From the NCBI GenBank assembly GCA_030704615.1, contig CM060731.1, positions 37,200,001 to 37,264,000 on the forward strand: a DNA stretch of 64,000 nt, in the 5' to 3' direction. The position numbers were made by a program, and so were the translations under genes. This document shows, in pieces, positions 51,357-64,000 of this stretch. The notes below the pieces were generated by a model. It saw nothing but the letters and a program-made list of their open reading frames with translations, did no database searches and was not told the origin of the DNA. Position 1 is the first letter of the stretch, and each line of letters begins with the position of its first letter. Source of the DNA: Takakia lepidozioides (taxonomy: Eukaryota > Plantae > Bryophyta).

Positions 51357-52455
51357 TTAGGGGATAGCATCCCATCGAAGATCACATGTGAAAGACCTCT
51401 GGAGCTCTTCAAGTGTAGTTCTTGAATCCGAAGATATATCATGCCACTGATTCGCAGATCTGTCGTAAAGTTTAAATAACTGATCATGGTCCTCATCCTC
51501 ATTGTTGCCCCAAGCCAACAGAATAAAGCCACCGCACGGTAGAAGCACAGACTGATGATTTTGCTCCTCTGAGAAGCCACTCAAAATGCCTCTAAAACTC
51601 TTCAATTTTCTCAAACTGTAAATATCGTCTGCTTCCCAACCTACTTCAGTAAGATAATACGTCCCAGGTGTGGTATGATCATCTAGCATAAACAGATGAT
51701 CCTTGACAAGAGAGTAGCTTCGGGGACCTCGAATACGTAAAGCAATTCCAAGATTCAGGTTGTTTAACGTTTTGTATGCGCAGTCAAACCAATAAGGGTT
51801 CTGTTGACCACACGAGTGTGTTACCAGCTCCAAGAACAATGCCAGAATTCATTTGGACTCTGTAAGACTTGGTATCTTCATTCGTCACCAGTTGTACTAG
51901 AAGGAGCTGCTTCCTGTCAAGGGGTGAGAGAGGTAGGAATCTGCGATCATTAGTCAATGGGTTCACAATGAGAATGGGTAAGGCTGCTAACTTCTTTTTA
52001 CTCCTGGGGACAAAACAAACCAAGCCTCCATCAGATGCACACATGGCGTCCTCATACTCTTTCTCCTCCGGGTAATCAGTTAGTTCAATGTCCACCCACT
52101 CATTTGATTTCATGTCAAACAAAGTAGTCCACATACCATCTCTCTCCAGATTCCATCCTACAAGTCCAAAGAGCTTAGGATGCGCGGTCGCACAAATCCG
52201 TTTGAGACTGGAGGTTTGTAACATTGTTGCCCACAGCTTGGAATCCCGTTTCAGATCAGCGATTTGAGACATGGACAACCACGCAAGAATAGGCTCTATC
52301 ATCTCCTCTCCAAAAGTTGGTGCTAGCCATGCTGCTGATGAGGAGGGACGTCTGCAACTCTTTGCTCTCTTTGCCGGACTTACGTCTGTGCTGGAGACAC
52401 ATACCTCCCCTGCAAGTGCCCAGTCTGGAACAAAGGAGAGCTGGTTCCTCTTCAT
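51357..52455 (-). pseudogene. F-box / kelch-like protein gene broken by a frameshifting deletion near 51850
   Basis: EEMIEPILAWLS..IADL...SKLW (degenerate F-box), ASDGGLVCF, IVNPLT...LP, ending CDLRWDAIP. Spread over two overlapping frames. Confidence 0.8.
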
Positions 52456-53815
52456 TTTTAAGAACGGCCTTACACCCGAATGCAAGCGCCAATGCAACCT
52501 ACTTCTGCACAATATCGGACAATCCTACTCAGGCTCAAACAATCCACGTATGTAAGCTGAGACCTCCAACATATTCCCAGCTACATCCGTTAAAAGAATT
52601 TGAGCAACATAGCTCCTGCTACCAAAATGTTTTTCAATTGTATGTACCAATGTGGTCTGAAAATGATCTCAAACTTCAGAACGGACTTTCTGCACATTTT
52701 GGAGCAAGATCGCTGAAAAACGCTTTCATGACTCACATCGGGAAATAATGGTGAATGTTATCCTCCAGTTTAAACCACCCAATTCCGGGCACACGTCCAC
52801 CACAGTAAAACGCACAGAAAAAGGCACTGACAGATGACACAAACAAGCAAGAAATCAACAGAACTTTGAAGACTAATTGCTACACAAACCATACCTTGTG
52901 ATCCATTCATACTAGCCAAACGACAACAAATCAACATATGCCCTAAGCCTCTCGTACACCCGGAGCCCAGTAATCCCCAGAACCTCTCGACTACCGCTCA
53001 ACAAAGCGCTCAGAGAGCTCCAGAACAAATATGTTGCACCTTCTACTAGCCACTGATGGCTTCCCTCTGTACCCAAACCCTAATCAACACGAAATATACT
53101 TCAGTGTCCCCTTCCAGAACCCTCGACCCGACTTTATCCGACACAAGTCCCCAAACATGGGTTGAACAGGAACAGTTCAAGCTCACACTGCATTGAAAAC
53201 CATCGCAGGCAAGGTGCCCTCTACAAACGCACTCAGCTGCACTAAATTGGACCAAGAATGACGAAAAGCACATCAACACTCTCCTCAATCAGGCATGCTT
53301 CCGCTCTACATGCGCTATAACAAACCACATAGCCCGTGCAGACCGCAATTAGAGCAGAAAGCTTAACACACCAGGAAGACAACACCACCATGAATCGCCC
53401 CAAACCACCAACATGCTACATTTCATTCACCTACTCCATGTTCACACAACGAAGCACAGCATCACACACGAAAGCAAAACCCAATCGACCGAAACGCAAA
53501 AGGAGACGAAAAACCCACCGAAGTCGACGTGGGTGGTTGCGAGAAGCAATCCCTGGATGGCAGATTGAACAGAAACGGTGCCGCTCCCGCCTTCTCCCGA
53601 ACTCTCGGCTCCCAAAACCCACCTCCGAAACACACAACCACAAGGCTCGCAGACGAATCCCACGCCCTAAATTCTCCCGCTCTCCGGCTCTGACAGCCTC
53701 ACAGTGACGCTGCAACTGACTGACCCCCAGCAGCAGCAATGAGATGAATCCGTTCGTGTGCTCCCTCCGTTTGGGAGTAACTTTGGGAGAAACTGAAAGA
53801 GTAACTTTTCGGCCA

Positions 53816-53947
53816 CAGCCAAGCATTTCGAGAACACCTTGGGTAAGGGATTGGCTCTGTTGGAGTAGGCAATAGCATCTCCCGGATCTCATAGTCTAAT
53901 AAATATTGTTAATCCCTTACCCGACGTGTTCTCGAAATGCCTGGCTG
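53816..53947. repeat. ~40-bp-stem inverted repeat upstream of the F-box transcription unit
   Basis: CAGCCAAGCATTTCGAGAACACCTTGGGTAAGGGATT pairs with AATCCCTTACCCGACGTGTTCTCGAAATGCCTGGCTG. Confidence 0.85.
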
Positions 53948-55072
53948 CATATATGCATGAGCTTCGACGATCTCTCTCGATGAGTAGCTATTTTGGGTCT
54001 CGGCCCCACACTTTCTCTTGCTTTCTTTCCGTGAATGGTGCAAAGATTCTTTTCTTCTCTCTGCACCATATCATTTCATTTCATTTTTCTCTCCTTTCCA
54101 TCTGAAGGTCAAGTTGTGGGATATGTAGTCACAGAGGCTGAGTATCTCCTGGACTGTAGTCAGACTTCCGTCACCCAAATCCTTGCAGGCCCTCCAGGGT
54201 CTTCCCCAATATCTCTTCAAAATTCAGGAAAGTTAAAACGCTAGGGGAAAGATGTCTGCTAATAATTTCTCCTCATATTTGCAAGTTAGCATGAAATCAT
54301 GGGAAAACAGCCTTTTATGCACCCAACCAACTGAAACGCACTGACTATATTACAACTGACATACCTCAAGTATCTTTGATTGAAGTTTCCAAGAGTTGTC
54401 TCCTCACTCACATGTTCCAAAGGTAGAGCCACAGTGTCGCCCAAAAAGAGAGTTTCCCAGATCCGATAATTTTTAAGGATGATCAATGAGGATGTGATAC
54501 AGTCGTAGTTCTGAAGTAGAACTAGAGTTCTAACAACCAGCATCTGCTAACATACAGCTGCAATTCTTTTTCTTCATGTTTCCAACTCCCAAGTGAGTAG
54601 ATGCATGTGTATATGATTGAACTAATGAACATTCACACAGATACATCATCCAACTGCACATCCGCTTCTCCTGGGCAAATGAATAAGACATGTAATAAGC
54701 AGAAAAACGTGGCCCCCCTGGGGTGCCTCCCCATGGGGACACATCCATGTGTGGGTTCAAACGCCCAGTTTGCATGGACCTAAAAGAATCCCCTTTGAAC
54801 ATATCAAAATAAATGGACAGCCCCATGAAGGGTCTGTTACCTCCTCTTTACTCTTTGTAGTCCTATCCTTGGATAAACTTCTACATTACCTTTGGCTGTG
54901 CTCCGTGTCTCACCCCATGGATTCAAACTGGGAAGGATTTGAGATCACAATATTGTCAAGTCATATGACCTATGGTACTGTGGCGCTCAAGTGTTCTGAC
55001 AATTAGTCAAATGTAATGCATAATAGACAAAAAGTGTAGTATCAAAGCTGATACCAATGTCTGCCAAGCTTG

Positions 55073-58000
55073 CTACCTATGTTGGGGCCGTTGTTCACCT
55101 GTAAGGATGGAGACATGCAGCTGGACAGAATGGTGCAAGACTGATGCAAATGCAGCCTCCAAGGCTGCAGCATGTTCATGCTGCTGGAACTTCCTCACAA
55201 ACAGTGCAGATGTTCCCATGTTAACGTTGACGTTGTCTTCTGTCCGTGTTATGGATACCAGTGACCCCTGCGTTTATGCCGCATCAATATATGCAATCTT
55301 ACAGCTCTATACAGTGACACAGAGCATCTCATTTCTTTCAAAGAAAATACCATATCCCAGTGCCTATCTGCCACCTACTTTCTGCCCTCCAGGCACATGC
55401 CAAAATCGTATATTATTTGCAAAGAGATGGAGGAAGCTCTACACAGTATACTGCCCTCCCCATAAACCTGTCAACATAGGTAAGGTTCCCTGAGGAAAGA
55501 TTAGATGTGATCAACTGCTGGGATTTGCGGAAAGGGGAGAGAGCCAGAGAGTTGGATGTGTCACTCACCTTCTGCTTGGAGAGGGCCTGAGTTGCTGGAC
55601 GGCTTTGCAGGGTCGCACAGACAGACTGCCACACCTCTGCCAACTCCTCCTTCGAGTTCCACTTTTCTTCATGAAATGCTTTTACAAGAGCCACTGCATC
55701 ACTCTCTGCAGCCCTATCAGAGTTGAGATTCACTGTTGGGTTAGAGCATTCCTCGGTCTCCGCTTCAGCAAGAATTGTCGTGCTTGCATTTGCACTGTCA
55801 TCACTTTTTGCCTCGCTCTTTGCAACTTCTGAATCAATGCTGCCTTCTAATGACTTACAGTGTGCGTCTAAACTAGGACCCCGTACCCCAGGTTCTCCAT
55901 TAAAACCATTGATAGTATCCTGCAAGACATCTGGAACCATCAACTCTTGCATAGTCGGCTTATCACTGGAGCTGATGTTTGCCTCTACAGCAAACAACTC
56001 CATGGCTCTGTTGCAAACCCACTCAGGCAACCCAGCCCCTCTCCCAACGGCAATTGCATACGATTGCAGGGAAAACCCAGGCCTCACAGCATACTGAAAT
56101 ACTACTCCACCAGATTCCAATTCTGTGGCCTGAAAATGATAATTTGCAATGTTTGGAAACTCTTGGTCCAACACGTGCAAGCCATGGTAGTGAGTTGAGA
56201 AGATGGTCCTGGCATGCACTTTTTGAGATAGATACTCAATGATTGCTCTAGCAATCACGCCGCCTTCTTGCGAACCAGTCCCTCTCCCCACTTCATCCAA
56301 GAGTACCAGAGAGTTTGCAGTTGCACGCTTCAGTATATTAGCAGACTCCGTCATCTCAATTTTGAATGTGCTTTGCCCTGCGGCTAAATCATCAACTGAA
56401 CCAACACGGGTGTAAAGCCCGTCTGCTATAGATAGACGTGAAGCCTTTGCAGGGATAAAACTGCCTGCCTGAGCCAGCAGCTGTATAAGGCCTATCTGTC
56501 TCAAGTAGCAGCTCTTGCCACTTGCATTGGGTCCAGTCAAGATGATGAGGTCTGCTCGAGGCCACCACTCTTCGCCCTCATCTGCCAGGTTTTCAGTGAG
56601 TCCATTCCTGCCTGCACTCCCACTTGAATCTCTAGTGATATTGCCATCCTTAAAAGGAGCGCCAGTTGCAAGGTTGGGTGCATTGTACCTTCCTGTAGTC
56701 TCATAATCAGGTGTACTTCTCAACGTAGTCTCATGTCCCAAGTAGGTAGAATTGGGCACAAAAGTGGCATTTTCTTGGAGTGAAATATCTACTACTGGAT
56801 GCCGACCCCTAATAATTGTGATCTCCCGGCCCGATTCCAGTATTTGGGGTCGACAGTAGCCCCTCTTCACTGCTAGATCTGCACATATACAGAAGTCATG
56901 AGATGCCGTCTATGCAAAACACAGATAGCTACTTCAAGCAGAATTCCACACGAAGATCTCTTTTACCTTCTCCTTTGCTTTCTTCTGCCCAAGCCCCAAC
57001 CATTGTCCCCTCTTCTACTTTACAAGGCACATGACTGTGGCAGACATACCAGCAAATGTAGATATCACATCAAGCGCTGCCAGAGCCTGGCTAAACTCTC
57101 GGACAGGCTCCAAAAGGGATGCCATCTCCTCCTTGAGTAGTGCCACTAATTCCTCCTCACGATCGGAGGCCTTCACAACTGCAGCCAGCCTGCGTCGCTC
57201 ACATTGCAATAGTGGGGGAGTAACAAAGCGTTCTTCTGTTTTCAAGCTCTGGAGTCGTTCGTAGTTGTCAGGGAGAGCATTCTCCTTCAGCTTGCTCTTT
57301 CGTATACTAAGGTAGTGTCCCATGGCCTTGTTATAACCCACCTGCCATCAACTCGGTCACAAAAACTACTTCAATAGGGTCTTGCACAGGGACATAAGCA
57401 AGACATGGGGAAACACTTGCTAACAATGGAGTCAGTGTTGTCATCTTATGTGACAGATAAAAATGGTGAAGTTTTGAACCCTCAGGCAATATAGGACAAT
57501 GGGAAAGATAACCAACCTCTAGGGAAGGAATGCCAGTGCGCTTGCGCTCTTGCTTCTCAAACTCCTGCATCCAGCTCTCAGTGTCCTGAACATCTCGACG
57601 GTGTCCATCCAATATTTCATCCGCCCCATCCTTGATCACACCTCCCTCTTGTGATCCACTTCCTAGCTCCCCCACAAGCATTGCCTGCAGTAACCAGGTC
57701 CACACTGATTTTCATGTACCTTCAAGAATAAATATTATCTAACCTCCCTTATGATAAACCCAAATACCAAAAATGGCAGCATTCAAAAGAGTGCTTTGTC
57801 CTACCAGCTAGGGGCTATAGGGCACCGAATTGCACAGTGGTCTTCAGAACATTCTCCTACTTCTAACAGTTATTGAATGCCTTGGTATGAGAAGAACCAT
57901 GGGTTCTCCAGATATGTGATTGCACTGTGTTAATGGAAATCAAACCTAGGTCATGCACATAATAAGTGAAATACTACCTGGGAGAAGATTCATGTATGTA

Positions 58001-61000
58001 CATTGAACTTGAACTAATTCTCCAACTTTCAGTTGCAGGTCCACAGACAATGAATGCAATGAACAATCAGGTTGCACACACAATTACGATGGCCACTACA
58101 AAAGTGTACTGTGGTAAAAGGTCAGCTAACTGGGATTTTTTCTTTTTTGGTACAAGTCAGAGAACTATACAGCTGGTGCTTACTTGAATTTTCTGTGCAA
58201 GCTCCACTGCTAGTGTAGGGATGTGTGAAGCTGCCAGAAAGTAAGAGTTGTCTGACACTCCCTCTAAGATAGCTGCCAATCTTGGGAGCACCTGGAGTGA
58301 CTGAGCTACTGTTGACAGGTCCCTGTTACAACTCCACGGTAAGTTCATAGACTGTTGAATAAGTTGATTGACATAACACAGATGCACAGATTTCCGTGGG
58401 TCAGCTTTGTGATCTAATAGATTAGTGGCACTGATATGTTGCACATAGGTTCAGGTTGGAAGCGAAAGTTCAATCAACGAAGCTATTGGACTTTTGGGTT
58501 CTCTAACACACAACAGACCTTTGATAACCACAGAAATACAATGCTGGCATGAGAACGTAGAGTGAGCAATGACTGCCCTTCCTTGACATCACCCTGCAAG
58601 GAGGACTTTCATGTACTTTGTGTAGATCATTCTCTGACTAGGTAAAAAAACCAATAATTGGCTGAGGCAGGCTTCATATTAGTTTATCTTTCAACTTTCT
58701 ATTGACTATATTTCTCTTTCTTTCATGTTTCTCTCTCTTGAAAAGAATCATGGGTGTGGTTGCTCCACACACACTAGAACCGGGTATAGTTGCAGGCCCA
58801 TCCAAAATTTGGACACCGGACTTCAGCTGAGGGTTAGCCCCTTCAACACAGATACATGTATTTGATACAGAGAACAATCCTATGTTCAATGAGTCCCTTA
58901 CCTCGCGTCAGCCCGCTTCCAGGCAATACGAGCAGCAACTCGCTCAATGTCGGCAATGCTTGCCAGTTCAGTGCGTAACTGTGTTCGCAGTTCATGACTC
59001 TTTGCAAAAACCTGTAGACAGAGAAGCATTTGTCAGTAATGAACTCGAAAACCCAAAACCACCATATAAGGAAAACTGTCAGAGTCAACAATTAGAGCAC
59101 GTTTAGGATGCGAGTAGAAAAGGGATCAGAAGTGACCAGGAAGGAAGTATACTTCAACAGCATCATGGCGGGCACAAATGTGGTGGTAATTGATGAGAGG
59201 CGAGAGCAGCCATCTACGCAGCAAGCGACCCCCCATAGCCGTCTTTGTGTTATCCAAGGCCCACACCAGGGAGCCCTCAACTTTACCCCATCGCGACGAT
59301 TTAAGTAACTGGCCCAACATCATGCAGCATTGAACCAGGTAGGTAATTACTTATTATATCTCTGTTGTATAAAAAGAATGGGACGACTTGGCCCAGAGTC
59401 TAAAATACGGGCAAATCGCTACTGGCATGAACAGGCTTCCAGCTCACCAGTGTATAGGATAACCCTTCATGTACAGGATTCATGTGTAGCCAACACAAGC
59501 CTACGTGAATATAAAACCTGAAATAAAGGGGGCCACAGTGCTTTAACCAGCCTTCGACCAATTCCACATTCATGCACAAGGTACTTACATTCACTAAACG
59601 AAGACCCTATGGAGCCCTCTCTGGTGATTAATGCTCCCAAATAGGAGTCTTGGCAGTGGGAGACCACATTCCTTACTACTGGGCTTACCTCCAGATGGCT
59701 CCTTACAGTGTCATCCATATGCATGGAATCAAGGGCTGAATAGTAGCCTGGTCTCTGAAGTGGCAGCCCGTCCTTACAGAGCTTCTGGGTTTCTTGTATA
59801 TACCTGCCCAGTACATTTAGTGCCTGCTGTTAGGCATAGAGAGCACCTCAAGCTTTTGAATGTCAAGATGGAGCTTTCAAAGCACACGTCACATTCAAAT
59901 GGAATATCCTCAGTATACATCTGTACATTACTCAGTGAGTACTGCAAACTGTACCTCACCTAGTTTGCAACGCTGTATTTCACTGAATTGATTGCTGAGC
60001 ATCCACTCCAAGTACACTTGAAGCCTACTGCTAGTTTTTCTCAAGAGTATGGTGAGCCCACCATCAAACTTCATAGTTGGCTCCTCAAATTCCCAGACAT
60101 TTCAAGGAGTAGACAAGGCTCTTTTATAACTATTATACAGCACATGAATCATGATGAATGGGAGCAAAGCAGAACAAAAAGCTTACCCCAACAGGCCGCC
60201 TGCAGCCCGGACTGCATGTGATGCCTTTAACATCCCAAATGTCTCTGCAGAATCCACCCCAAAGCAGGATTGCAACCTCTGCATGGGCCACCCATCCATG
60301 CCTCTACCAAATTACAGCTCAAGGTTGCAAAGTCGGCTGTTAGAAAGCCATGACAACTTTACTAAATTGGCATTCGACCCTGTGCTTAAACTGAAAGGCT
60401 TGTATTTTGATGTGATGGCAAACAATGTTATAAAAGCTGATTGAGACATCTAGAACCATAGTGCCATCATTGTTGGGAAATGGCAGGTCATGCAAGCAAT
60501 CCTCCAACCTAGCAACAAGTGTAATCAAGAAGACAAGGGCACCACACACCCAAATCTCAACAACCCCACCTCATGCTAGCAGCAGACTAACAACACTTGT
60601 ACCTTCTCAGCAGTTGCCGGGAAAAACTCTGACTGTGGTCTGCTTGAATAGCAGAACTCAGGTGGCATACCAATCGGATGAACCACCGCCGTCCTATCAT
60701 TCCTACTGCATGCTACCTGCAGTCAATAACTCTCTCTTAGCACACAGCTTGCTCTCCATGCAACTGGAGTTTCTCAACCAAATCATGAGCATCCTTCAAT
60801 CACTACTTAAGGGGAAGTGAAGAACAGGTTGCTTATGCAGATTTTGATATCTCTTGATTGTACCACATGCCTGATACACCTCCCCTCTATCGTAGCTGGT
60901 GTAACATGGATGCCTCACCCACACTGTCTTTCTCTCATCTTTGGTATCTGTTTTAGTTCTACGAAGTCCATAGGCCCTCTGGGCCTCCTGAATGTTGATG

Positions 61001-62933
61001 TGATAAAATCTCTTCCCATCTTTCTCTCTCTATCCAGTGAACATTAAAACACCCCCCTGCCCTGTCAACATTTTGAAAGAAGAATCTCACCAGTTGTGAG
61101 AGCCAAACCTGCTGGAGGGTCTCAAGGGTGTTCTTCCACTTCACACTGAATCTAACCACGAGAGGGTGCCTCCATTTCTCCATTTTAAAGTGCCAGAGAG
61201 CATGAAACACTGCAATGGATTACGGCAATGGATGTAGATGCTTACATTTGCAGGGAAGATTATTTCAGATGGCTGCAAGCGAAGGAGCTCATGAAGCAAG
61301 GCAGACTTGCCTTGCGCCTGTGTTACCTGGAACTCTCCTGCCATATCCCACCCCTTCAGTATCCACCATTCCCTTTGACTGCTGCCTTCAGCTTTGGGTA
61401 CCAGAAGTTCTTGGCAGCTTACATGCATGAGGCACTTCAACTCTTGCGACGTTTGGGATATTTTGGTGTGAGTTTCTGTTTTTCTACTTTGACCCCTGGG
61501 ATCACTCATGGATGCTATTGTACATGGATGTCTTCATTTCTGTATTGCTGATGATACATGGTGACAGAGAGGGGAGGCAAAGACAGAGGGTGTACTTGAT
61601 CCGAATTGGTTGAATGAGGTCCAAAGCTTTGTTTGTCTTGTTCTCTAATCATACGTGAAGAACAAAGATGAACAAAAGAAAAGGGGGAGGTTAGAACGTA
61701 GGGGCAAGGTGAGAACAGTGGGAGGGGTCTTGTGTCTGACTATTTGCTTCCTTCTTTTCGAGTGCAGGCCTCAAGACTTATGACAGTAACCCAGGGGCCC
61801 CTGACAAACTTACCTGTTGAAACATCTGAGTATGCAAGTCCCCAAGCTCCATTCTCATCTGAGGTGGGGAAAATGGAAACCAAGTAGTTATTGCACGACT
61901 CCTCTAGCATGCCCTCATCGAGGAGTGTGCCAGGTGTCAGCACTGCAGTAACTTGGCGTTCTATTATTGCTCCTCCAGATTTTGTATCTGCTGACACCTG
62001 CATATGTCTGCCCTGTCCATTAGCACTCTGTCTGTGCATTCCTCATATTTCCCGCTCTCTCTCTCTCTCTCTCCGGGGTCAGAAGCAGAGAGGAAAGGGA
62101 GAGTGCAATTGCCCGTTGTGTGGGCAATCTGAAGACAGTATTCATTTTCTGATACACTGTCCGGGGTTCTCTCACCAAAGAGACGCTCTCTTCAAATCTA
62201 TTAAGGGAATTGTGCCTGTACCCCTGTTTACCAACTTTGAAAGTCTCGAGGCTGAGCCAAAAGCCCAGGCCCTCCTGAGGCCTAGTTTTTGGGCAAATCA
62301 CACACAGCAGATTGATGCTTGTGTGAAGGGATTTCTAGAGGATATCTGGAAAACCCGGATTAATTCTTTATATGGAGGTAAGTCTTACTAGCAACGTCAG
62401 CCCCTGACAGAGGTAGGTTCTGTCCCTTTTGTTCCTTTTGTTCCCGCTCAAACTGGGCACGGGGTCAATGGCCACAAGGCTACGGCAAACAACGTCTTAT
62501 GAGTACAATCTCTCCGGGGTCCGTTCAAACTGAGCACGGGGTCAATGGCCACAAGGTTACGGCAAACAACGTCTTATGAGTACATTCTCTCCAGGGTCCA
62601 TGGTCGTAAGGCTATGGCAAGGTAATGTTCGCAGGGAACAGCATGAGTACACTTTCTCTCTCTCTCTCTCCACAAGGGCTCTCTCCTGCTAAGCCCAAAG
62701 CCCTGGCCGTTCAGGTATAATTGCTTGGCAGCTAGCTTGCACACAGAAGATTGATGCTTGTGTGAAGGGCTTTCTAGAGGAAATCTGGGAAGGCCGAACC
62801 AATTGTTTATACAAGCTAAGTCCCACTACTGGAGTGCCCTTACAAAGAAAATGTCTGTTTCCTCTTGTTCTACCCAGACTGGGCGCAGGGTCTATGTCAC
62901 AAGGCTACGGCAAACAACTTCTTATGAGTACAT

Positions 62934-62964
<31 letters not shown>

Positions 62965-63852
62965 GAGGCGTTCTGCCCTACAGCAAATGTCGTCTTGTGA
63001 GTACAATCTGTGATTGAGGTGGACACAGAAAAAATGTAAAATGGGTCTACGGCTGTCTAGAGGATTCAACGAGGCTTTTAATTCTGACCCCCAGCTTCCC
63101 TTCTGGCACAGTTGCGAAAGACAAGTTCCCACTTACCTCCACTATCACGACATTTTAATAATGTCCTAAGCAGGGTCAGGGTAGGTGGGATCCATAAACA
63201 GGTAGCAATCATGCCAACTTTCAAATGTAAGGGTTGATTTTGACGAAAATTCTAATGGTTTGCAGAAATACAAAAAGGTGTCCTTGAGATCCCAGAAATT
63301 TTGCATCCTTAACAATGAGTCCTTTCTCACATTAGCATATCTATGTCCAAGTAATGGAGCACAAAGTTAATTTTTAAAAGGCATACTTGAGCCAAGACTG
63401 GACTTCGCAGTGAGCACAGAGCTTGCCTGATCTTGCTTGACAACAGGAATGCCTTTGCTGAGAAGCATGCGAAGATACACGTCAACTCTGTGGTACGGGA
63501 CACCTGACATGGGGACCTTTTGTTCCAGCAGCTGCCACCCCAAGCATTGTAGACATCAATGTGACAATTTTTTTCTTTTTTCAATCTCCTTAATGGCGTT
63601 GACAACATGACACCTAAAAGTCAGGTCATAGCAAAGCAATTCCATTGCAACAAAGGATCCTGACACCTCCTCAAGCTACAACTGACATCCAAATCTGTCT
63701 TCAGAGCATATGACAAATCCTTTTCCCTTATACTAGAGGATCACCCACTAGTACAAATGGACCAAAGAAGTCAAGTTTACCTTGCCACCATCGACTGCTG
63801 CAAGACGGATGCTGCACACTTCTGCCAGCCGCTCTGCATCTTCAAAAAAGGC
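55073..63852 (-). CDS. mutS1: Cyanobacterial-type MutS1 mismatch-repair ATPase, multi-exon; 5' end lies beyond the window
   Basis: In-phase exons: 63852-63781, 63531-63427, 61997-61814, 61337-61246, 60987-60919, 60716-60603, 60278-60187, 59803-59689, 59308-59153, 59011-58902, 58322-58184, 57684-57517, 57341-57050, 56878-55569, 55267-55073. Motifs FFEDAE, VPMSGVPYH, LTPGTLLDEGML, TAMGGRLLRRWL, GRHPVV, LIILTGPNASGKSCYLRQ, GQSTF, LLDEVGRGT, STHYH. Confidence 0.92.
62074..62670 (+). mobile_element. LINE 3' end (CCHC zinc finger, 3' UTR with 77-bp tandem repeat, (CT)n tail) in a MutS1 intron
   Basis: CPLCGQSEDSIHFLIHCP...IWKTR. Repeats at 62444-62520 and 62521-62597. (CT)n on both sides. Confidence 0.85.
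62680..62965 (+). mobile_element. Second, more diverged LINE 3' end in tandem
   Basis: ATTGATGCTTGTGTGAAGGG..TTCTAGAGGA and CACAAGGCTACGGCAAACAAC..CTTATGAGTACA are shared with 62310-62510. Ends in (CT)n. Confidence 0.8.
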
Positions 63853-64000
63853 CTATGGAGTGACAACAACTGTAAGGCTTGTACTAACTTGCTAGTTGTT
63901 TCTTTATCTGTTAGGCGCTCTTCTTCCCTATAGCTCTTGTGAAGATTAAAAAGTTCGCGCTAGCGCAGGTAGCCCAGTGGTTGTGCCTTGCCAGTGCAGT

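Noticed and set aside
55413-55568. ORF-track C-terminus of MutS (VSDTSNS...SLCK)
   Set aside because: It follows a consensus GTGAGT donor and is probably intron read-through. An in-phase downstream exon gives a more domain-like sequence.
61891-62391. 166-aa plus-strand ORF as a gene
   Set aside because: It is a chimera of an antisense MutS1 exon, a (CT)n run and a LINE zinc finger.

Overview
Eukaryotic, TE-dense genomic DNA from a non-seed land plant, most likely a moss. This is inferred from an intron-containing cyanobacterial-type MutS1, a bryophyte-style F-box gene and Tcn1-like chromoviruses. Positions ~1-50 kb are nested, mostly decayed mobile elements: an unclassified CATCC-rich repeat family, RTE/RTEX-like LINE 3' fragments, a SET-like pseudogene beside CACTA-type sequence, two 5'-truncated chromoviruses, a CACTA transposase with an internal inversion, TTAA-flanked piggyBac-like MITEs, a repeat-rich degenerate ORF and a Crinkler-type nuclease-like pseudogene. 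The standout is an ~11.3 kb Ty3/Gypsy element (25779-37127). Its pol carries a DNMT3-like C5 cytosine methyltransferase between protease and RT and a PHD finger after the integrase. It also carries captured RPL21 and CSI1 fragments in its leader, and its terminal repeats are permuted (A...B-A-B). The last ~13 kb hold a frameshifted F-box gene and an apparently intact multi-exon MutS1 whose last exon adds a DnaX/STICHEL-like C-terminal domain. All domain calls are by-eye motif recognition; no database search was run.
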